Shown here piece after piece: positions 57,241 through 61,078 of a DNA stretch of 61,078 nucleotides. Numbering within the stretch: position 1 is the first letter of the stretch; every line of letters starts with the position of its first letter. The stretch spans positions 1-61,078 of the IMG/VR virus record IMGVR_UViG_3300029442_000005; one strand, written 5' to 3'. The notes under the pieces were generated by a model that had not been told where the DNA came from, searched no databases, and was given only the letters and a program-made list of their open reading frames with translations. This DNA is from a virus (taxonomy: Duplodnaviria; Caudoviricetes). A program made the translations under genes and the position numbers.

Positions 57241-60200
57241 ATGTCATATATAATTACACGAAGCAATGGAACAACTTTTGAAATATTAGATAACGAAGTA
57301 GTTACTACTCGTGGTGATTTACAATTAGTAGGTAGAAACAGAGCTAACTATGGATTAAGTATTAATCAAAACTTCTACAGATTATTAGAAAATTTCGCTA
57401 GCCAAACTGAACCACCATATCCTCAAATTGGTCAATTATGGTTCAATACAGATACACATATTTTAAGTGTTCGCTTAGGTGATTCTTGGAAACCAATTAA
57501 TAGAAACATTTATATTGAACGTCCTGTTAGTCCAGAATTGGGTGATTTTTATTTTAACGTCACTACTAATCAATTAGAAATTGCTATTGGCTCAGGTTTA
57601 GCTGCTGGTTGGAATATTATTGGTCCTGTGGGAACGACAGCATCAGGAGTTATGGGTTTCGTTGCTGAAACTGTCATAACAAATACTGGAACAAATTATG
57701 TAGCCAGCATATATGTGTCTGGTAGCCGTTTTGCAATTTATAGTAAGGAAGATATAACTGGAATATTAACTATAAATGGAGTGAATATTGCTACAGCTGG
57801 TTTTCCAAGTCACACGTTAAAAACAGGGCTCAATTTTGTTGAAAATTCATTATATTTTCCTAATACTGGAATTTATAATAGTAATATTACTGGTACATTT
57901 TGTTCAATGACAGGAAACATTACTGGTGGAAATATTATTGCAAATTCTAAAGTACTTGTTGGAAATATTTCACTTCGAAATGATACAATAGCTAGTAGCT
58001 ATGGAACATTAACTATAGATCCTGGTGCTGACGGAGCTAGCGGCAATGCAATAGTTGCAGGAAATCTACAGGTTACTGGTTCGATAACAAGTATTAATAG
58101 TACAACTGTAGAAATAACAGGACTTAATTTAAAATTAGCAAAAGATGCAGGTAATGCAACAGCAGCCAATGGAGCAGGTATTACAGTAGCTGGAGCAAAT
58201 GCACAGATATTTTATAATAGCACAAGAAATGATTGGAATCTAAATAAATCAGCTAATATTACTGGAAATGCTGCAATAAGCGGAACAATCACTAGCACAA
58301 ATATTAATTCTACAGTATTAACATCATCACAGCCAAATATTACTTCACTTGGAACATTATCAGCATTAACAGTAAATGGTCTTACAAGTTTAGGACCAAT
58401 TGGAAATATATCAATTATAGGTGGCGTTAGTGGATATGTACTTAGTACAAACGGATCTGGTGTATTAAGTTGGATAGTACCAAATTCAGGAGCAACTGGA
58501 CCAAAAGGTGCGACTGGATTTACTGGATCAACTGGCGCAACTGGACCAATAGGACCAAATGGGGCAACTGGTGTTGGTTCGACTGGTGTTGCTGGTGTAA
58601 ATGGAGCAACTGGTTTAACTGGAGCAACTGGACTAATTGGTCCTGGTGGTGCTGGATCAATTGGAGCAACCGGGTTATCAGGGGCAACTGGACTAATTGG
58701 TCCTGGTGGTGCTGGATCAATTGGAGCAACCGGGTTATCAGGGGCAACTGGTACTGGAACAATTGGATCAACTGGAGCAACTGGAGTTGTTGGTCTAACT
58801 GGAGCAACTGGCGCCGGAACAATTGGATCTACTGGAGCAACTGGCGCCGGAACAATTGGTTCTACTGGTGCCACCGGCTTAACTGGTACAATTGGTTCTA
58901 CTGGCGCAACTGGTTTAACTGGCGCAACTGGCGCAACTGGCGCAACTGGTTTAACTGGTACAATTGGATCTACTGGTACAATTGGATCTACTGGTGCAAC
59001 TGGAGTTGCTGGATCCAATGGAGCAAACGGAGCAACCGGATTAACAGGTTCAGCTGGTTTATCGGGCGCAACTGGCCCATCAACAGCTATTAACGCGACT
59101 AATGATACATCTACAACCGCATTATATCCTGTGATGGTAGCTTCAGCTGGATCTAATCAAACACCTAAAGTCAATACAACATCACCATTTGTATATAATG
59201 CTAGTACCGGAAGTGTTGGTATTGGTACTACAACTCCGGTAGCACAACTTACTGTATCTGGACTTGGACAAGCCGGTGGTTATTCATATAATACTGCCGG
59301 AGCATTAGGTGGAACATTATTACTAACTGATACTGGTACAAGTAGTTACAGTGGTGGAGCTGTAGTTTTTAGTTTTGTTGGAACTACTAGCTTTGCTGCT
59401 ATTAAAGGATTTGTAACCAATGGATCAAATAATAGTATTGGTGATTTAGGAATAATGGTTAGAAATCGAACAACAGATGGTACATTATTTCCAGCAATGC
59501 TAATTAAAAATAATGGATATATTGGACTTGGAAATTATACAACTCCAAGTACTTGGTTGTCAATTGTTGCTCCAGCTGGTGTTGGTGGAACACTATTAAG
59601 TCTTGGAGCTGATAGCGCAGACAATATTTTACAATTAGGATATGACTTAGGAGGACATGCTTACTTACGTGGACCAACATTTGTACCTTTAGAAATTCAA
59701 ACACAAACAAATCAAAATATAGCATTACTACCAAATGGAACTGGAAAAGTTGGTATTGGAACTACAGCGCCATCTAGTCCACTTCAAGTAACGGCTGCCA
59801 TTGATGCTGTTCCGTTTATTACAATTGGTCATGCAAATTGGCCAACAACAGCTTATTGTGGTATAGGTGGTTGGGTTACAGATGGTAACAACAATACACG
59901 AGGTAGATTAATATTCTTTACTCGTAGGGCAGCAACAGATGCATCCATGACCCAACAGATGACTATAGACGACGCTGGATATGTTGGTATTGGTACTTTA
60001 AGTCCATCATATAAATTACATGTAACTGGTGATGTATACAATGCAGGTTTTAAATATTTAACTAATAGACTTGGTGCTAGTGCATGGAATAGTAATGGAA
60101 TACAATTTGGAATTGATGGTATATATTATGGATCAATTGGTATACAAAATGATTTGTCAATACGAACAAATACTACATTAATAGTTGATGGTAATGTTGG

Positions 60201-61078
60201 TATTGGGACTGCTAGTCCAGAATCCCCACTTACTGTAATTGGAGGTATCCATTCTAATTATTTTAGTGGTAATAGTGAAATAGCAATGAGACGTGCCAAT
60301 GGTTCAGCTGGTGCACCACTAGCAGTTACAAATGGAAATGTCTTAGGAGAACTAACTGCTTATGGATATGACGGATCAGCATATCAAGCTGTTACTGACA
60401 TAAGACCAGTAGTTTCTGGTTCTGTATCAGCTGGAAATGTTCCAACATCACTTTACTTTTTGACATCCAATACTAATTCAGCTGGATTAACATTAAGAAT
60501 GATAATTGATAATATTGGAAATATTGGTATTGGAACTTCTTCACCTAGTGCAAAATTACATTTATCAAGTTCTACTGTTGGATTAAAATTAATCATTGGT
60601 GGATATTCTCAGAATACAATGTTATTTTCAAATACTGCTAATAGTACTATCAATGGATATTTATTAGGTAGAAGTTTATATCAAAATGATTTAAATGATT
60701 TCTTCATTTTTGATCTTACTAGTAATGTAGTAAGATTTGCTATAACACCAGCAGGTAATACATATGTTATAAATGGCAATTTTGGAATTGAAACGTCTAC
60801 TCCTGCTAATAAAATTGATATAGCTGGATCATCAGCAACTCCTTCATTGAGATTCTCTGCAATTAATAATGCAGCATTTTATTGGGACATAGGTAGAGAA
60901 GGGGTATCAACTGGAGATTTTATTTTTAACAATGCCAGTGGAGCAGGATCTTCTGAACGAGTAAGAATTACAGCTTCTGGAAATGTTGGCATTGGAGCAC
61001 CAAATCCACTAGCTAAGTTAGATGTAAACGGTGTTATTGGATATACTGGAAGTTCAAATTATCGATTGGTATTACCAG
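57241..61078 (+). CDS. Long tail fibre protein, partial (runs off window end)
   Basis: Absent from ORF track (no stop). [10 protein letters not shown]...[20 protein letters not shown] is paralogous to the 56157 gene; collagen block; several G(N/S/K/Y)VGIGT repeats; GATAAATA at 57211-57218 and GGAGA RBS. Confidence 0.85.
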   Translation, partial: MSYIITRSNGTTFEILDNEVVTTRGDLQLVGRNRANYGLSINQNFYRLLENFASQTEPPYPQIGQLWFNTDTHILSVRLGDSWKPINRNIYIERPVSPELGDFYFNVTTNQLEIAIGSGLAAGWNIIGPVGTTASGVMGFVAETVITNTGTNYVASIYVSGSRFAIYSKEDITGILTINGVNIATAGFPSHTLKTGLNFVENSLYFPNTGIYNSNITGTFCSMTGNITGGNIIANSKVLVGNISLRNDTIASSYGTLTIDPGADGASGNAIVAGNLQVTGSITSINSTTVEITGLNLKLAKDAGNATAANGAGITVAGANAQIFYNSTRNDWNLNKSANITGNAAISGTITSTNINSTVLTSSQPNITSLGTLSALTVNGLTSLGPIGNISIIGGVSGYVLSTNGSGVLSWIVPNSGATGPKGATGFTGSTGATGPIGPNGATGVGSTGVAGVNGATGLTGATGLIGPGGAGSIGATGLSGATGLIGPGGAGSIGATGLSGATGTGTIGSTGATGVVGLTGATGAGTIGSTGATGAGTIGSTGATGLTGTIGSTGATGLTGATGATGATGLTGTIGSTGTIGSTGATGVAGSNGANGATGLTGSAGLSGATGPSTAINATNDTSTTALYPVMVASAGSNQTPKVNTTSPFVYNASTGSVGIGTTTPVAQLTVSGLGQAGGYSYNTAGALGGTLLLTDTGTSSYSGGAVVFSFVGTTSFAAIKGFVTNGSNNSIGDLGIMVRNRTTDGTLFPAMLIKNNGYIGLGNYTTPSTWLSIVAPAGVGGTLLSLGADSADNILQLGYDLGGHAYLRGPTFVPLEIQTQTNQNIALLPNGTGKVGIGTTAPSSPLQVTAAIDAVPFITIGHANWPTTAYCGIGGWVTDGNNNTRGRLIFFTRRAATDASMTQQMTIDDAGYVGIGTLSPSYKLHVTGDVYNAGFKYLTNRLGASAWNSNGIQFGIDGIYYGSIGIQNDLSIRTNTTLIVDGNVGIGTASPESPLTVIGGIHSNYFSGNSEIAMRRANGSAGAPLAVTNGNVLGELTAYGYDGSAYQAVTDIRPVVSGSVSAGNVPTSLYFLTSNTNSAGLTLRMIIDNIGNIGIGTSSPSAKLHLSSSTVGLKLIIGGYSQNTMLFSNTANSTINGYLLGRSLYQNDLNDFFIFDLTSNVVRFAITPAGNTYVINGNFGIETSTPANKIDIAGSSATPSLRFSAINNAAFYWDIGREGVSTGDFIFNNASGAGSSERVRITASGNVGIGAPNPLAKLDVNGVIGYTGSSNYRLVLP
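58489..59078 (+). repeat. Collagen-like G-X-T coding repeats including an exact 60-nt tandem duplication (58624-58751)
   Basis: GGA GCA ACT GGA-type repeats; the 60-nt lines starting 58621 and 58681 differ at one base. Confidence 0.92.

Noticed and set aside
58212-59093. Pro-Val-rich (-), Trp-rich (+) and Gln/Leu-rich ORFs
   Set aside because: Shadow frames of the collagen tract in the 57241 fibre gene

Overview
AT-rich fragment of a large T4-superfamily (jumbo myovirus-like) phage genome in the standard genetic code. It covers most of the virion morphogenesis region. It contains baseplate hub and wedge genes (gp5-, gp53-, gp48/54-, gp26-, gp25-, gp6-like and a 5402-aa giant wedge protein), late sigma factor gp55, a GH19 endolysin, the head cluster (gp23, gp22, gp21), gp47/gp46, a tape-measure-like protein, an intein-containing portal and collagen-like fibres truncated at both window ends. 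Selfish elements are three paralogous Vsr/Hef-like nucleases, an HNH intein and a degenerate HNH gene. The most unusual part is the ~1.1 kb non-coding gap at 24622-25739. It holds (i) a candidate ~570-nt multi-domain structured RNA behind a late promoter and (ii) a divergent, strand-specific array of G.A-mismatch mini-hairpins around an AT-rich core (candidate origin or ssDNA signal). Other observations are a probable -1 frameshift at the end of the gp26-like gene, TAAATA-N5-ATG (apparently leaderless) late genes, a membrane-anchored GcvH-like protein and a 92-bp duplicated terminator/promoter cassette. All family assignments come from motif recognition by eye; no database searches were run.
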